Source: Desulfomicrobium sp.
GTDB taxonomy: Bacteria > Desulfobacterota > Desulfovibrionia > Desulfovibrionales > Desulfomicrobiaceae
Length of the DNA stretch: 64,000 nucleotides
Assembly: GCA_040768745.1 (NCBI GenBank)
Contig: JAXGMI010000001.1
Span: 992,001-1,056,000, forward strand
Reading direction: 5' to 3'
Of the stretch, positions 50,113 to 63,033 are shown in pieces. The notes beneath the pieces were generated by a model. That model was not told the origin of the DNA, ran no database searches, and saw nothing but the letters and a program-made list of their open reading frames with translations. Numbering within the stretch: position 1 is the stretch's first letter; the number at the start of each line of letters is the position of its first letter. The position numbers and the translations under genes are program-made.

Positions 50113-51504
50113 ATGAAAAAGGAAGCTTGCGGATTATTTGGAATTTACGGCCATCCCGAAGCGGCGCGTATGACCTACTTCGGGCTCTATGCCCTTCAGC
50201 ACCGCGGGCAAGAGAGTGCAGGCATCATCACCTGGGACGGCCAAACCATCCGCGAACAGCGGGGCATGGGTCTGGTGGCCGACGTGTTCCAGGAACGCCA
50301 TCTCGGGCACCAGCTCAAGGGCAGCGTGGCCCTGGGCCATATCCGCTACTCCACCACCGGCGCTTCGCTGATCCGCAACGCTCAGCCATTCAAGGTCACC
50401 TACAAGGGGATGAATCTGGCCCTGGCGCACAACGGCAACCTGGTCAACACCATCAGCCTGCGCGAGGAACTGGAAAACCAGGGCACCATCTTCCAGACCA
50501 CCATGGACAGCGAGGTCATCATGCATCTGGTGGCCAAATACATGAACGGGGGCACGCCGGAAGAGGCCATCGCGAAGGCATGTTCCCGCATCAAGGGCTC
50601 GTTCAGTCTGCTTTTCATGGTCAATCAGAAACTCATCGCAGTCCGCGACCCCTGGGGCTTCCGGCCCCTGTCCCTGGGCCGCGTGGGGGACGCCTATGTT
50701 TTGGCCTCGGAGACCTGCGCCTTCGACCTGCTGGAGGCCGAGTACCTGCGTTGTCTGGATCCGGGCGAGATGCTGGTCATCGAAGACGGCCGCATGATGT
50801 CCCATCGCTACATGGAGCCTGCGGACAGGCAAAGCTCCTGCATCTTCGAGCTGATCTATTTCGCCCGGCCCGACTCCCTGGTTTTCGACCAGGAGGTCTA
50901 CAACGCCCGCAAGACCATGGGCCAGGTTCTGGCTCGGGAATGTCCGGCCGACGGGGATTTTGTCATGCCTTTCCCCGACTCCGGAGTGTACGCGGCCGTG
51001 GGCTATGCCCAGGAGTCAGGTCTGCCCTTCGAGGCCTGCATGATCCGCAATCACTACGTGGGACGGACCTTTATCCAGCCCACCCAGGGCATGCGCGATT
51101 TTTCCGTGCGTGTGAAGCTCAACCCGGTCAAGAACATGATCAAAGGCAAGCGGGTCATCATCGTCGAGGATTCCATCGTCCGTGGCACGACCATCCGCAC
51201 ACGGGTCAAACAGTTGCGGGAATTGGGGGCCAAGGAGATCCATATGCGGGTCAGCTGTCCGCCCATCCGTTATCCCTGCTACTACGGCATCGATTTTTCC
51301 TCCAAGGGGGAACTCATTGCCGCCAACCATTCCGTGGATGATATCGGACGCTATCTGGGCCTGGACAGCCTCCATTACATCACCATTGGTGGGTTGTTGA
51401 AATCCGTGCGCGCGCCCGAGAATTTCTGCCTGGCCTGTTTCAATGGAGCCTACCCTGTTCTGCCCGATGCAGGCATGGGCAAACTGTCTCTGGAGTGCTG
51501 TTAA
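50113..51504 (+). CDS. purF: Amidophosphoribosyltransferase (propeptide/Fe-S type)
   Basis: EACGLFG, QHRGQES, GHIRYST, HNGNL, EDSIVRGTT, C.ACF. Confidence 0.98.
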   Translation: MKKEACGLFGIYGHPEAARMTYFGLYALQHRGQESAGIITWDGQTIREQRGMGLVADVFQERHLGHQLKGSVALGHIRYSTTGASLIRNAQPFKVTYKGMNLALAHNGNLVNTISLREELENQGTIFQTTMDSEVIMHLVAKYMNGGTPEEAIAKACSRIKGSFSLLFMVNQKLIAVRDPWGFRPLSLGRVGDAYVLASETCAFDLLEAEYLRCLDPGEMLVIEDGRMMSHRYMEPADRQSSCIFELIYFARPDSLVFDQEVYNARKTMGQVLARECPADGDFVMPFPDSGVYAAVGYAQESGLPFEACMIRNHYVGRTFIQPTQGMRDFSVRVKLNPVKNMIKGKRVIIVEDSIVRGTTIRTRVKQLRELGAKEIHMRVSCPPIRYPCYYGIDFSSKGELIAANHSVDDIGRYLGLDSLHYITIGGLLKSVRAPENFCLACFNGAYPVLPDAGMGKLSLECC

Positions 51505-52508
51505 TGAGTTCCGCAGCGAGCCCGCAATCCACTGAAAACTGGCTGATCAAGGCCAAACATGTCCTCGATGTCGAGATCCAGGGAGTGGAGGCCGTGCGCA
51601 ACCGCCTGGGTGACTCCTTTGTCCAGGCCCTGGAACTCATGGCCCGTTGTACCGGGCGAGTTGTGGTCTGCGGGCTGGGCAAGTCGGGTTTGGTCGGCCG
51701 CAAGATCGCCGCAACCCTCAGCAGTACGGGCACTCCGTCTTTTTTTCTGCACCCGGTGGAGGGGGCCCACGGAGATCTGGGCATGATCAGGACCGAGGAC
51801 GTCATCCTGGCCATCTCCTATTCAGGCGAGACCGACGAACTCAACAACATCCTGCCCAGTCTCAAGTCCCTCGCTGGCGGGGTGATCGGTCTGACCGGAG
51901 GGGTGAACTCGACCATGGCTGGGTTGTGTGATCTGGTCATTGACGTTGCGGTGCCGGCAGAGGCCTGCCCCCTGGGCGTGGCCCCCACGTCCAGCACCAC
52001 GGCCACACTGGCCGTTGGTGACGCCCTGGCCGTCTGCCTCATAGACTGGAAGTCTTTCGCCATCGAGGATTTTCGCCGCTTTCACCCAGGAGGTGCCCTG
52101 GGGCAACGGCTGGCCCAGAAGGTGGATGAGCTCATGCGCACGACCGGACTGCCTACGGTTCCGCGCGGGGCTTCCCTGGGACAGGCCCTGGAATGTTTGA
52201 ACCGCGGCCGCCTGGGTTGCGTCTGCGTTCTGGATCGGGGTGGACGCCTGGCCGGTATCCTGACCGATGGTGATGTCCGGCGGTTGGTCTGTTCCGGGCA
52301 CATGGATATGGACGCGGTGGTGGACATGGTCATGAAGACCGAACCGCTGCGGGCCATGCCTGGGCAAAAGGCGGGCGAGGTGCTGGATCTCATGGAGTCC
52401 AGGGCGATCACAGTACTGCCAGTGGTCGAAACGAACGGCATTCTCATTGGCATGGTGCATATGCACGATGTCCTGGGTCAGGGCCGGGTCAAATTTTCTC
52501 GGTCATGA
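51504..52508 (+). CDS. kdsD: Arabinose-5-phosphate isomerase (KpsF/GutQ, SIS plus 2 CBS)
   Basis: GKSG.VG.KIAATLSSTG, HGDLG, APTSST, HPGG.LG. Confidence 0.92.
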   Translation: MSSAASPQSTENWLIKAKHVLDVEIQGVEAVRNRLGDSFVQALELMARCTGRVVVCGLGKSGLVGRKIAATLSSTGTPSFFLHPVEGAHGDLGMIRTEDVILAISYSGETDELNNILPSLKSLAGGVIGLTGGVNSTMAGLCDLVIDVAVPAEACPLGVAPTSSTTATLAVGDALAVCLIDWKSFAIEDFRRFHPGGALGQRLAQKVDELMRTTGLPTVPRGASLGQALECLNRGRLGCVCVLDRGGRLAGILTDGDVRRLVCSGHMDMDAVVDMVMKTEPLRAMPGQKAGEVLDLMESRAITVLPVVETNGILIGMVHMHDVLGQGRVKFSRS

Positions 52509-53032
52509 GCGATTTCAGCCCCCTTGTCTGTGTCCGCTGTGCCGACCGTGGCCGGACCTGCTGTGCCCTGTCCGGCGGGGACGAGGAGTTCTGCTTCCCT
52601 GTTTCCGCTTCCGAACGCCTGGCCATCCTGGCTTCGGGCATCGGGGCAGAGGCTTTTGTTTCCGCCCCCAACACGCAGGCCTTTGTGGAACAGCTGGACC
52701 AGCTCATACCGGACCATGCGGTCAAGGATATTTTTCCGGCAAACGGATCCCACTGGAGACTGGCCACCACCACTGGGGGACAGTGCATTCTCCTGGGGGG
52801 GGCAGGCTGCGGCCTGGAACGGAGCATCCGGCCCTTTTATTGCCGGCTCTTTCCCCTTTGGGTTTATCGCGGCCAGTTGACCTGGTTCACGGCAGAGGAA
52901 TGTCTGGCCAATGAGCAGTGCAATAGCATTGCGGACATGCTCAGGTTCATGGACGCCGAGGCGAGGGAAATCAGGTCGTTGTTCCGGGCCATGTGCCATG
53001 CGCTCGGACTTGGAAATTCGAAGGTGATATAA
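52505..53032 (+). CDS. YkgJ family Cys-cluster protein
   Basis: CVRC.....CC, C..L...GC, RP.YCRLFP. Confidence 0.85.
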   Translation: MSDFSPLVCVRCADRGRTCCALSGGDEEFCFPVSASERLAILASGIGAEAFVSAPNTQAFVEQLDQLIPDHAVKDIFPANGSHWRLATTTGGQCILLGGAGCGLERSIRPFYCRLFPLWVYRGQLTWFTAEECLANEQCNSIADMLRFMDAEAREIRSLFRAMCHALGLGNSKVI

Positions 53033-55368
53033 TGAAGGTACTGAAAATATTTGCGGCCCTTGTGGTGTTGCTGGCCGTGCTGGCCACCGGAGCCGGCTTC
53101 GGTCTGTACTACTGGGCCGAACAGGATCTGCCCGGTTTTACCAAATTGAGCGACTATTCTCCCCATCTGGCCACCACGGTTCGGGCCAGGGATGGACGGG
53201 TTCTGGGATATTTCTACCGCGAGAAGCGGTTTCTGATTCCTTTGTCCATGATGAGTCCGGTCACCATCAAAGCCTTTCTGGCGGCCGAGGACTCAAGTTT
53301 CTACCAGCATGAAGGGGTGGATCTGCCCGGCATTTTCCGGGCTGCGATCAAGAACTTTGTTGCCGGAGGCATTGTCCAGGGGGGGAGCACCATCACCCAG
53401 CAGGTCATCAAATCCATGCTGCTCAGTCCAGAGCGCAGCTATGAGCGCAAGATCAAGGAAATCATCCTGGCCTACCGTCTCGAAAAATATCTGTCCAAGG
53501 ACGAGATCCTGACCATCTACCTCAACCAGATTTTTCTCGGAGCCAAGTCCTATGGTGTGGAGGCGGCGGCCCGGGAGTACTTCGGTCTCAGTGCCTCCCA
53601 GTTGACCACGGCCCAGGCCGCGCTCCTGGCCGGGTTGCCCAAGGCGCCGTCGCGCTACTCCCCCTACGGCAATCCTGAACGGGCCAGGGAGCGCCAGCTC
53701 TACGTCCTCAACCGGTTACTGGAACTCGGCTGGGTCACCAAGGCCGAATTCGAGGCTGCCGTGAATGAGCCGCTGGAATATTCGTCCCAGGAGGACCCGT
53801 CATGGAAGATCGGTCCCTATTATCTGGAGGAGGTGCGGCGCCAGCTGGTTGAACGCTATGGCGAGGACAAGGTCTACACTGGCGGGCTGCAGGTCCGCAC
53901 GACCGTGGACCTTGATCATCAGGCCATTGCCGATCTGGCTCTGCGGGACGGGCTGCGCGAGACGTCCAAACGGCACGGCTGGCAGGGGCCGGTCAGAAGA
54001 GTCGGTCCAGAGGAGCATGCTTCTTTTCTGGCCAGCCAGGACATTCGGGTTCTGAAACCTGGAGACTTCCTGCAGGTTCTGGTCACCAAGGTGGAAAGGG
54101 GAGGGGCGGCGGTCGCTTTCGGCAGGCATACGGGCACCATCCCCGTGTCCACCATGGGGTGGGCCAGGGTCCCCAACCCGAAAAATGCTCCGGAAGAGGT
54201 GGCCCAGATATCCGACGCGCAAAAAGTCCTGCGCCCTGGGGATCTGGTCTGGGCCAGGGTGTCAGAGGTCGGTGGATCGAAGCCCTGGAAGCTGGCCCTG
54301 GAGCAGGAACCCAAGGTTGAAGGGGCTTTGGTGTCCATGGATCCGCGCACCGGAGAGGTCCTGGCCCTCTGCGGGGGATACGATTTCTTCAGAAGTCAGT
54401 TCAACAGAGCAACTCAAGCCCTGCGCCAGCCGGGTTCAGCGTTCAAGCCCATCGTCTATTCGGCGGCCTTGGACAACGGATTCACGCCGGCGAGCATCGT
54501 GCTCGACGCGCCCATTGTCTTTGAGGACGGCAGCGGCAAGACCTGGAAACCAGAAAACTTCGAGGGGATTTTTTACGGTCCGACCCTGTTGCGCACGGCC
54601 CTGGTCAAATCGCGCAACCTGGTGACCATCCGCATTGCCCAGCGCATCGGCATGCAAAAAATCATCGACCGGGGAAAATCCCTGGGTCTGACCGGGATCA
54701 TGGAACCGAATTTGTCCCTGGCTTTGGGTTCGGGCCAGTTCACCCCTCTCAACATGTGTCAGGCCTACACTGCGTTTGCCCGGGGAGGGAGCGTCATCGA
54801 ACCCCGCTTCATCGAGAGCGTCACCTCTCCTTGGGGCGAGCAGCTGTTTACGGGCACCGAGGAAGTCAAAGAGGCCATGAAGCCTGAGACCGCCTACATC
54901 GTCACCAACCTGCTGCAGCAGGTGGTCCAGGAAGGCACTGCCACCAGGGCCAAGGTCCTGAAGCGGCCCGTGGCGGGCAAGACCGGCACGACCAATGACG
55001 AACAGGACGCCTGGTTCATTGGTTTTTCCCCCTATCTTCTGACCGGGGTGTGGGTGGGCTACGATCAGGTCCAGCCCATGGGCAAATACGAAACTGGAGC
55101 GCGGACTGCACTGCCAATCTGGATCGATTACCGGGCGAAAGTTGAGCCGAACTACCCGTCTGAAGATTTCCAGGCCCCTCCCGGCGTCGTCATGGTCAGG
55201 GTGGATGCCCATACAGGGCGATTGGCCGGCCCTGGCTCCGGCGAGGCATACATGTTGCCCTTTGCTAACGGCACCGAACCGGTACAAACAGCCGGGATTG
55301 AAGAACTGGACGCATCTCCCGGCTCATCCAACGCCGGAGGCGAAAGCCTGCTCAAGCAGATCTTCTAG
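53032..55368 (+). CDS. mrcA: Penicillin-binding protein 1A
   Basis: AAED..F..H.G, GGSTITQQ, S.FK, SRN and KTG motifs. Confidence 0.95.
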   Translation: MKVLKIFAALVVLLAVLATGAGFGLYYWAEQDLPGFTKLSDYSPHLATTVRARDGRVLGYFYREKRFLIPLSMMSPVTIKAFLAAEDSSFYQHEGVDLPGIFRAAIKNFVAGGIVQGGSTITQQVIKSMLLSPERSYERKIKEIILAYRLEKYLSKDEILTIYLNQIFLGAKSYGVEAAAREYFGLSASQLTTAQAALLAGLPKAPSRYSPYGNPERARERQLYVLNRLLELGWVTKAEFEAAVNEPLEYSSQEDPSWKIGPYYLEEVRRQLVERYGEDKVYTGGLQVRTTVDLDHQAIADLALRDGLRETSKRHGWQGPVRRVGPEEHASFLASQDIRVLKPGDFLQVLVTKVERGGAAVAFGRHTGTIPVSTMGWARVPNPKNAPEEVAQISDAQKVLRPGDLVWARVSEVGGSKPWKLALEQEPKVEGALVSMDPRTGEVLALCGGYDFFRSQFNRATQALRQPGSAFKPIVYSAALDNGFTPASIVLDAPIVFEDGSGKTWKPENFEGIFYGPTLLRTALVKSRNLVTIRIAQRIGMQKIIDRGKSLGLTGIMEPNLSLALGSGQFTPLNMCQAYTAFARGGSVIEPRFIESVTSPWGEQLFTGTEEVKEAMKPETAYIVTNLLQQVVQEGTATRAKVLKRPVAGKTGTTNDEQDAWFIGFSPYLLTGVWVGYDQVQPMGKYETGARTALPIWIDYRAKVEPNYPSEDFQAPPGVVMVRVDAHTGRLAGPGSGEAYMLPFANGTEPVQTAGIEELDASPGSSNAGGESLLKQIF

Positions 55369-55429
55369 GCCTCTCCGAGAACCGCGCTCGCAAGGCAGGG
55401 GCATCATCATTCGCGCACATTCAAATATA

Positions 55430-56443
55430 ATGAATATGATTTCGGAAGTTAAAGAAATTCTCCGGCGTTCCACGCGCATCAGCCTGGAACTCTACAAAAT
55501 CATGGTGCCCATCATCATCTGCGTCAAGCTCTTGCAGGAGCTGGGACTCATTTCGTGGTTGGCACTCCCCCTTGCACCGGTCATGAAGCTTGTGGGCCTG
55601 CCTGGTGAGATGGGTCTCGTCTGGGCCACGGCCATGATCAACAACATCTACAGCGGCATGATCGTGTTCGTGTCCCTGGCGGCAGACCACGTTCTGAGCG
55701 TGGCCCAAGTCACGGTGCTCGGAACCATGATCCTCCTGGCCCATGCCCTGCCACTTGAACTCCAGATCGTGCGCCGATCCGGCCCGCGGATCGGGTTCCA
55801 GGCCTTGCTGCGTATCGGCGGGGCCCTGATGCTGGGCTGGCTGCTGTCCCGGATCTATGCCTGGGGCGGGTGGCTGCAGGAACCCAGCGCCCTGCTCTGG
55901 CAACCCAAGGCCGAGAGTGTCAGCCTTCTTCAATGGGGTCTTGGCCAGGTGCAGAATCTGGCCATGATTTTTGTCATCATCCTGATCCTCAACGTGGTCA
56001 TGCGTCTGCTGACGGCCGTGGGCCTGACGGCCTTGTGCGTGCGTCTGCTGGCCCCGTTGCTGAGAATCCTTGGCATCGGCCCGGAGGCCGGGACCCTGAC
56101 CATCGTCGGCATGGTCATGGGCTTGTCCTACGGTGGGGGGCTGATCATGCACGAGGCCCATTCGGGTAAGATTGCCTCCAAGGACATTTTTTCGTCCCTG
56201 AGTCTCATGAGCCTGAGTCATTCGGTTTTCGAGGATACCCTGCTCATGGCTGTGCTCGGAGGCCACACCTCGGGATTGCTGTGGGCGAGGATCTTCTTCA
56301 CCCTGATCGTCATCGCGGCTCTGGTGCGCATCGTCACCTGGCTCGGGGATGGGTTTTTCTACCGCAGGCTTTTCAAGCCGGTGGAGGTGTATGCCCAACC
56401 CCAGCCGTGCTGTCCTGGCGCTGCCGTTCCGGAGAAGAAATAA
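55430..56443 (+). CDS. Nucleoside-recognition (Gate) domain membrane protein
   Basis: Multi-TM; P.M..VGLP, AHAL..E, G...GLSYGGGL, HS..EDTLL. Confidence 0.75.
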   Translation: MNMISEVKEILRRSTRISLELYKIMVPIIICVKLLQELGLISWLALPLAPVMKLVGLPGEMGLVWATAMINNIYSGMIVFVSLAADHVLSVAQVTVLGTMILLAHALPLELQIVRRSGPRIGFQALLRIGGALMLGWLLSRIYAWGGWLQEPSALLWQPKAESVSLLQWGLGQVQNLAMIFVIILILNVVMRLLTAVGLTALCVRLLAPLLRILGIGPEAGTLTIVGMVMGLSYGGGLIMHEAHSGKIASKDIFSSLSLMSLSHSVFEDTLLMAVLGGHTSGLLWARIFFTLIVIAALVRIVTWLGDGFFYRRLFKPVEVYAQPQPCCPGAAVPEKK

Positions 56444-56605
56444 GTCCATTTCGACGCAGCCATGTTTTGTGCCGACCATGCGGGCGACTGACCGGCCGAG
56501 CACATCGGGGGCGATCCTTGGACAGGATGTGCCCACAGGGTGGCCATGTCGTCCCGTGCGTACAGAACCGAACATGAACCACGTCTGCTGACAAGGAACC
56601 CAGCC

Positions 56606-57667
56606 ATGTCCCATCCATCTCGCCTTGACGCCCTCAAAGACCACATGGAGCGGGAGGAAATTCCGGTCCTGCTGGTTCTTCATCCGGCGAACAGATTTTA
56701 CCTGTCTGGTTTTGCGCTGCATGACGGGCAGTGCAACGAGAGTTCAGGCTGTCTGCTCATTCGGACCAGCGGCCCGGATTGGCTGCTGACCGATTCACGC
56801 TTCACCGAGGAGGCGCGCCGCCACTGGCCGGCAGAATTTGTGCATGTGCATGGAATGCCCCGTCTGGAGAAAATTGCCGAGTTCATCACCACTCTGGGTA
56901 TTCGGGATGTGTGGGTCGAAACCCATGCCATGTGCGCGGAAATGTACCTGGAACTGGGCAAGGGTGTGCATCTGCATCCGGCCCCTCGTATGGTTGAGAA
57001 TCTGCGCACGATCAAGGATCCTGACGAACTGGCAGCCATCAGGGCCTCGTGCGCCCTGAACCACAGGGTGTACGAAACGATCAGGCCGCATCTGAAGCCG
57101 GGGGTGACCGAAAAGGACATGGCCTGGATGCTGGAGAGGGAATTCAGGGAGCACGGGGCCGAGGCGCTGAGTTTTCCGCCCATAGTCGGCTTTGGTCCCA
57201 ATGGGGCGCTGCCCCATGCCACACCGGGAGAGGACAGGCTTGCGTCCGACTCACCGGTGCTCATCGATATGGGGGGGCGGCTGCACGGGTATTGTTCGGA
57301 TCAGACCCGGACATGGTGGATTGGCGGTACCCCTACGGATGCCTTTCGCCGCACCCTGGACCTGGTGCAGGAGGCACAGAGACTGGCCATCGCCAGGGTT
57401 GCCCCGGGCGTGTCCACGGACGATCTGCACGCCACGGCCAAGGACTACTTCAGCTGTCACGGCGTGGCCGAGCACTTCACCCATTCTCTGGGCCACGGCA
57501 TCGGTCTGGAAACCCACGAGGCTCCGGGCGTCGGTCCCATCCGGCCGACAATCCTGCAGCCAGGCATGGTCATTACCGTGGAACCCGGGCTCTACTACCC
57601 CGAGTGGGGCGGGGTGCGCTGGGAGCACATGGTCGTGGTGACCGAAAACGGCCATGACGTGCTCTGA
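56606..57667 (+). CDS. Xaa-Pro aminopeptidase (M24B)
   Basis: LPH, D.G......SD.TRT, H.LGHGIGLETHE, TVEPG.Y, GVR.E. Confidence 0.93.
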   Translation: MSHPSRLDALKDHMEREEIPVLLVLHPANRFYLSGFALHDGQCNESSGCLLIRTSGPDWLLTDSRFTEEARRHWPAEFVHVHGMPRLEKIAEFITTLGIRDVWVETHAMCAEMYLELGKGVHLHPAPRMVENLRTIKDPDELAAIRASCALNHRVYETIRPHLKPGVTEKDMAWMLEREFREHGAEALSFPPIVGFGPNGALPHATPGEDRLASDSPVLIDMGGRLHGYCSDQTRTWWIGGTPTDAFRRTLDLVQEAQRLAIARVAPGVSTDDLHATAKDYFSCHGVAEHFTHSLGHGIGLETHEAPGVGPIRPTILQPGMVITVEPGLYYPEWGGVRWEHMVVVTENGHDVL

Positions 57668-57956
57668 GGCTGGGCCCGTTTCCCCTCGCCCAAGGAGGGG
57701 CCGCAGGACAAACGCGTTTCCCGGCCCCCCCGAACTCGCCAGCAAGGTACTGTATGCGGAAATTCCGCGCAGGCAGATCGGCCCCTGCCGTTTTTTGCTC
57801 GAAGGCTACGACAATCTGGCCATCATGAGCGTGGTGGACCGGTATCGGGCAGTGATCAGGCTGCGCTTTCTGTCCGAAGCGGAGCAGACCTTGCGCGGGT
57901 TGCTTGAGGCCCAGGGCGCCAGCATCATCGAACTGCCGAAGAGATCAGAGGGATAG
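57654..57956 (+). CDS. DUF4911-like small protein
   Basis: RFLLEGYDNLA motif; overlaps the end of the peptidase gene. Confidence 0.7.
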   Translation: MTCSEAGPVSPRPRRGRRTNAFPGPPELASKVLYAEIPRRQIGPCRFLLEGYDNLAIMSVVDRYRAVIRLRFLSEAEQTLRGLLEAQGASIIELPKRSEG

Positions 57957-58763
57957 CCCGAAAAATCGCCGCGTATTGCCGCCTGCGCGGGCCCAGAACC
58001 CGGCCAGATCCTCGCCCCGCAAGCGGGCGATCTCCCTGGCTGTGAAGCCGAGCAGAGCGGGTTCGTTGGTCTTGCCCCGGTAGGGTTCCGGGGCGAGGTA
58101 GGGTGCGTCAGTCTCGAGCAGAAGCCGGTCTGCCGGGATGAGCCGGACGGCATGGCGCAGGGCCTCGGATTTGGCGTAGGTCACGGTGCCGGGCACAGAC
58201 AGATGCCAGCCACGGACAACGAGCTCTTTCACCCAGTCCGGCCCCAGGCCGAAACAGTGCCAGAGCACGGGCCGGCCGCAGAAGCCCAGTTCGTCAAGTA
58301 TATCCAGACAGTCTTCCTCGGCGTCGCGGCAGTGGATGACCACGCGTTGGTTCAATTCCAGGGCCAGTTCCAGCTGTCGGCGGAACCAAAACTGCTGGGC
58401 GTCGCGCGGGGAGAAGTCGTAGTAGTAGTCCAAGCCGACTTCCCCCACCGCCTTCAGCCGCGCGTCGGCCCCAAAGGCAGCGGCCATGGCCTGCAGATCG
58501 GCCTCGGCCATTGTGCCAGCCTCGTGCGGATGAACGCCGAGCAGAAAAAACACGTCCGGATCGTTTTCAAAGACCTCTCTGGACGAGAGGTAGGCGTCAG
58601 GCCCCAGGAAGACGTTGCCCACAGTGCGCACCCCACAGGCCCTGGCCCGGGCCAGCACCGCCAGGGGGTCCAGGTCACGTCCATCCAGGTGGGCGTGGCT
58701 GTCGGCCCCTACGCAGGCCAGGCCAAGGGATTCCGGCAGTTCCCGCACCTTTTTCCTGCCCAC
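57945..58763 (-). CDS. tatD: TatD family hydrolase (second paralogue)
   Basis: DSHAHL, GVHPH, GEVGLDYY, HCR, HCF, ETDAPYL.P. Confidence 0.92.
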   Translation of the reverse strand: MGRKKVRELPESLGLACVGADSHAHLDGRDLDPLAVLARARACGVRTVGNVFLGPDAYLSSREVFENDPDVFFLLGVHPHEAGTMAEADLQAMAAAFGADARLKAVGEVGLDYYYDFSPRDAQQFWFRRQLELALELNQRVVIHCRDAEEDCLDILDELGFCGRPVLWHCFGLGPDWVKELVVRGWHLSVPGTVTYAKSEALRHAVRLIPADRLLLETDAPYLAPEPYRGKTNEPALLGFTAREIARLRGEDLAGFWARAGGNTRRFFGLSL

Positions 58764-58765
58764 CT

Positions 58766-58963
58766 TCAGACCTCGCGCACGCCCTGGTCCCATCTGGCCA
58801 CAGGTACGGCTTCGTCGATGAGCATGACCGGGATTTCTTCGCGAATGGGGTAGACCACGGCGCAGGCCGTGCATTTGAGCCCCTCTTCCTGGCCCAGAAG
58901 CTCCAGGCTGCCCTTGCATTTGGGACAGGCCAAAATCTGCAGAAGTTCATTGTTCAGCGCCAT
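58766..58963 (-). CDS. Trm112/YcaR family protein
   Basis: L.ILACP.CKG.L, C..C...YPI...IPVML.DEA; GGAGG RBS. Confidence 0.9.
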   Translation of the reverse strand: MALNNELLQILACPKCKGSLELLGQEEGLKCTACAVVYPIREEIPVMLIDEAVPVARWDQGVREV

Positions 58964-59112
58964 GCTGCCTCCCTGGATGGTTCGTGTTGTCGTCGAAGCC
59001 CGACTTACCCTGATCAAAAACGCCTTACAAGTCGGTAAAGAGCTTCCTGGACCTTGAGTTTTCAAGCCAATCCGTTAAAGCCTTGGCCATGAGGCGCAGC
59101 ACACAATTCCCT

Positions 59113-61208
<2,096 letters not shown>

Positions 61209-61216
61209 TCGGCAAT

Positions 61217-61243
61217 GGCGCACTCCGGTGCGCCTTGTTTTTT
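61217..61243 (+). terminator. Terminator-like hairpin between eno and folD
   Basis: GGCGCAC-tccg-GTGCGCC followed by TTGTTTTTT. Confidence 0.65.
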
Positions 61244-61258
61244 GGAGTCGAAGAGAAC

Positions 61259-62110
61259 ATGCTCATTCTTGATGGAAAGATGACGGCCGCCACCATCCGC
61301 GGGGAGTTGCGGGGTCAGGCGGCCGCGCTCAGAGCCCGGCATGGACGGGCCCCCGGTCTAGTGGTCATTCTGGTCGGGGACAATCCGGCCTCCCAGATCT
61401 ATGTCCGCAACAAGGAGCGGGCGTGCGAAGACGTGGGCATCGCTTCCCGCTGCATCCGACTGCCCGCAGACATACCACAGGCCCAGCTGGAGGACACCAT
61501 CCTCATTCTGAACAGGGATCCGGACATCGATGGCATTCTTCTGCAGCTGCCCCTGCCCAAGGGGCTGGACAGTCAAAGATGCCTGGAGTTGATAGACCCA
61601 TCCAAGGACGTGGATGGGTTTCACCCCATGAACATGGGACGTCTGACCTTGGGCCTGCCCTGCCTGCGCTCCTGCACTCCGGCCGGGATCATGAGCCTGC
61701 TGGCCCGCTACGATCTGAACGTGGCCGGCAAGAAAGTCGTGGTCATCGGGCGGAGCAACATTGTGGGCAAGCCCCTGGCCCTTATGCTGCTGCAGAAAAA
61801 TGCCACGGTGACGATCTGTCATTCCAAGACCAACGATCTCAGGAGCGAGGTCAGCGGCGCGGACTTCGTGTTCGCCGCCGTGGGCATCCCCAAGTTCGTG
61901 ACCGCGGACATGGTCAAGCCTGGGGCCGTGGTCATCGACGTGGGCATCAACCGAACGGAACGCGGTCTGGTGGGCGACTGCGACTTTGCCGGCCTGCAGG
62001 GGGTGGCTTCGGCCATGACCCCGGTGCCGGGGGGGGTCGGACCCATGACCATCGCCCAGCTTCTGGTCAACACCCTGGACGCTTACGTGGAGCACGTCTC
62101 GGGCTGTTGA
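61259..62110 (+). CDS. folD: Bifunctional methylene-THF dehydrogenase/cyclohydrolase
   Basis: Y...[33 protein letters not shown]. Confidence 0.98.
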   Translation: MLILDGKMTAATIRGELRGQAAALRARHGRAPGLVVILVGDNPASQIYVRNKERACEDVGIASRCIRLPADIPQAQLEDTILILNRDPDIDGILLQLPLPKGLDSQRCLELIDPSKDVDGFHPMNMGRLTLGLPCLRSCTPAGIMSLLARYDLNVAGKKVVVIGRSNIVGKPLALMLLQKNATVTICHSKTNDLRSEVSGADFVFAAVGIPKFVTADMVKPGAVVIDVGINRTERGLVGDCDFAGLQGVASAMTPVPGGVGPMTIAQLLVNTLDAYVEHVSGC

Positions 62111-62150
62111 AAGAAGAGTCTGTGCAAGCCCGGATTTCATTTCAAGAGGA

Positions 62151-62185
62151 CAAGCGCAGGGACCGGCTTCCGGCCCCTGCGTTTG
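62151..62185. terminator. Hairpin between convergent folD and amrB
   Basis: CAAGCGCAGGG.CCGG-ctt-CCGG.CCCTGCGTTTG. Confidence 0.55.
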
Positions 62186-62211
62186 GTTGCCAGCTGCATT
62201 TTGCTGCCGGG

Positions 62212-63024
62212 CTATTCCATGATCACTCCCGCATAGCCTACCACCCTCGAGAGGTCCCCGTTCACATCCCCGGATGTCGCATAGGCCACCAGTTCCGCGC
62301 TCTTGGCTCCCATGATGTTGGCTAGGTGCATGCCCAGGGTCATGGGCAGAACCCCGCACATGGAAATGCCCTTTTCGCGGACCACACCGTAAAAGCCCAT
62401 GGGATCCAGAGCCAGGACACGCTCCAGGGCCAGCTTGTCAATTTCGCGGGTTTTGGCGTCGGAAGCGAAATGGTTCATGTCCGAGCTGACGATGACCGAA
62501 ACCTGCCGGCCGAGGCCGTTCAGGACTTCCGCGATCTTGGCTGCGGCCCCGCCGAGTTTGTGGGGCCGGGGGTCGCCCACGGCGACCGGCACGATGCGCA
62601 TGGCGGGGTTGAGGGCCCACAGAAATGGCATAACCACCTCCAGTGAATGCTCCTGCAGGTGCGCAACATAGTCGGCGGTCAAGGCCGGCTCGGCCTCCAG
62701 GATGGCCTTGGCCAGTCCCTCGTCCACGGCCAGGGATGCCCCAGGCAGATGCCAACGCCCGTCAGGCCAGACGGCCAGGGGCGCGCCCATGCCGGTATGG
62801 TTCGGGCCGAGGAGGAGCACTGTGTCGGTCAGGTGGGCCTGGGCCAGGGTTTGCCCGGCGACCCCACCGGAAAACACATGACCTGCATGAGGGACCATGA
62901 CCAGCTTGGTCAGCTTCTCCCGCCGCGTGGCTCCATGCATGCAGGCCCTGGCAGTGGCCAGCCACTGGTCATGACGGCCTGCATAAAATTGGCCCGCCAC
63001 AATAGGATCTCTGTCACGACTCAT
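62212..63024 (-). CDS. amrB: AmmeMemoRadiSam system protein B (MEMO1 family)
   Basis: VAGQFY, PHAG..FSG, GPNH, EHSLEV, SSDMNH, MCG..P, VVGYAG. Confidence 0.92.
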   Translation of the reverse strand: MSRDRDPIVAGQFYAGRHDQWLATARACMHGATRREKLTKLVMVPHAGHVFSGGVAGQTLAQAHLTDTVLLLGPNHTGMGAPLAVWPDGRWHLPGASLAVDEGLAKAILEAEPALTADYVAHLQEHSLEVVMPFLWALNPAMRIVPVAVGDPRPHKLGGAAAKIAEVLNGLGRQVSVIVSSDMNHFASDAKTREIDKLALERVLALDPMGFYGVVREKGISMCGVLPMTLGMHLANIMGAKSAELVAYATSGDVNGDLSRVVGYAGVIME

Positions 63025-63033
63025 CACGTCCTC

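Noticed and set aside
46766..52508. carB without carA, and carB-purF-kdsD linkage, as a novel arrangement
   Set aside because: As I recall, split carA/carB and this gene order are usual in Desulfovibrionales.
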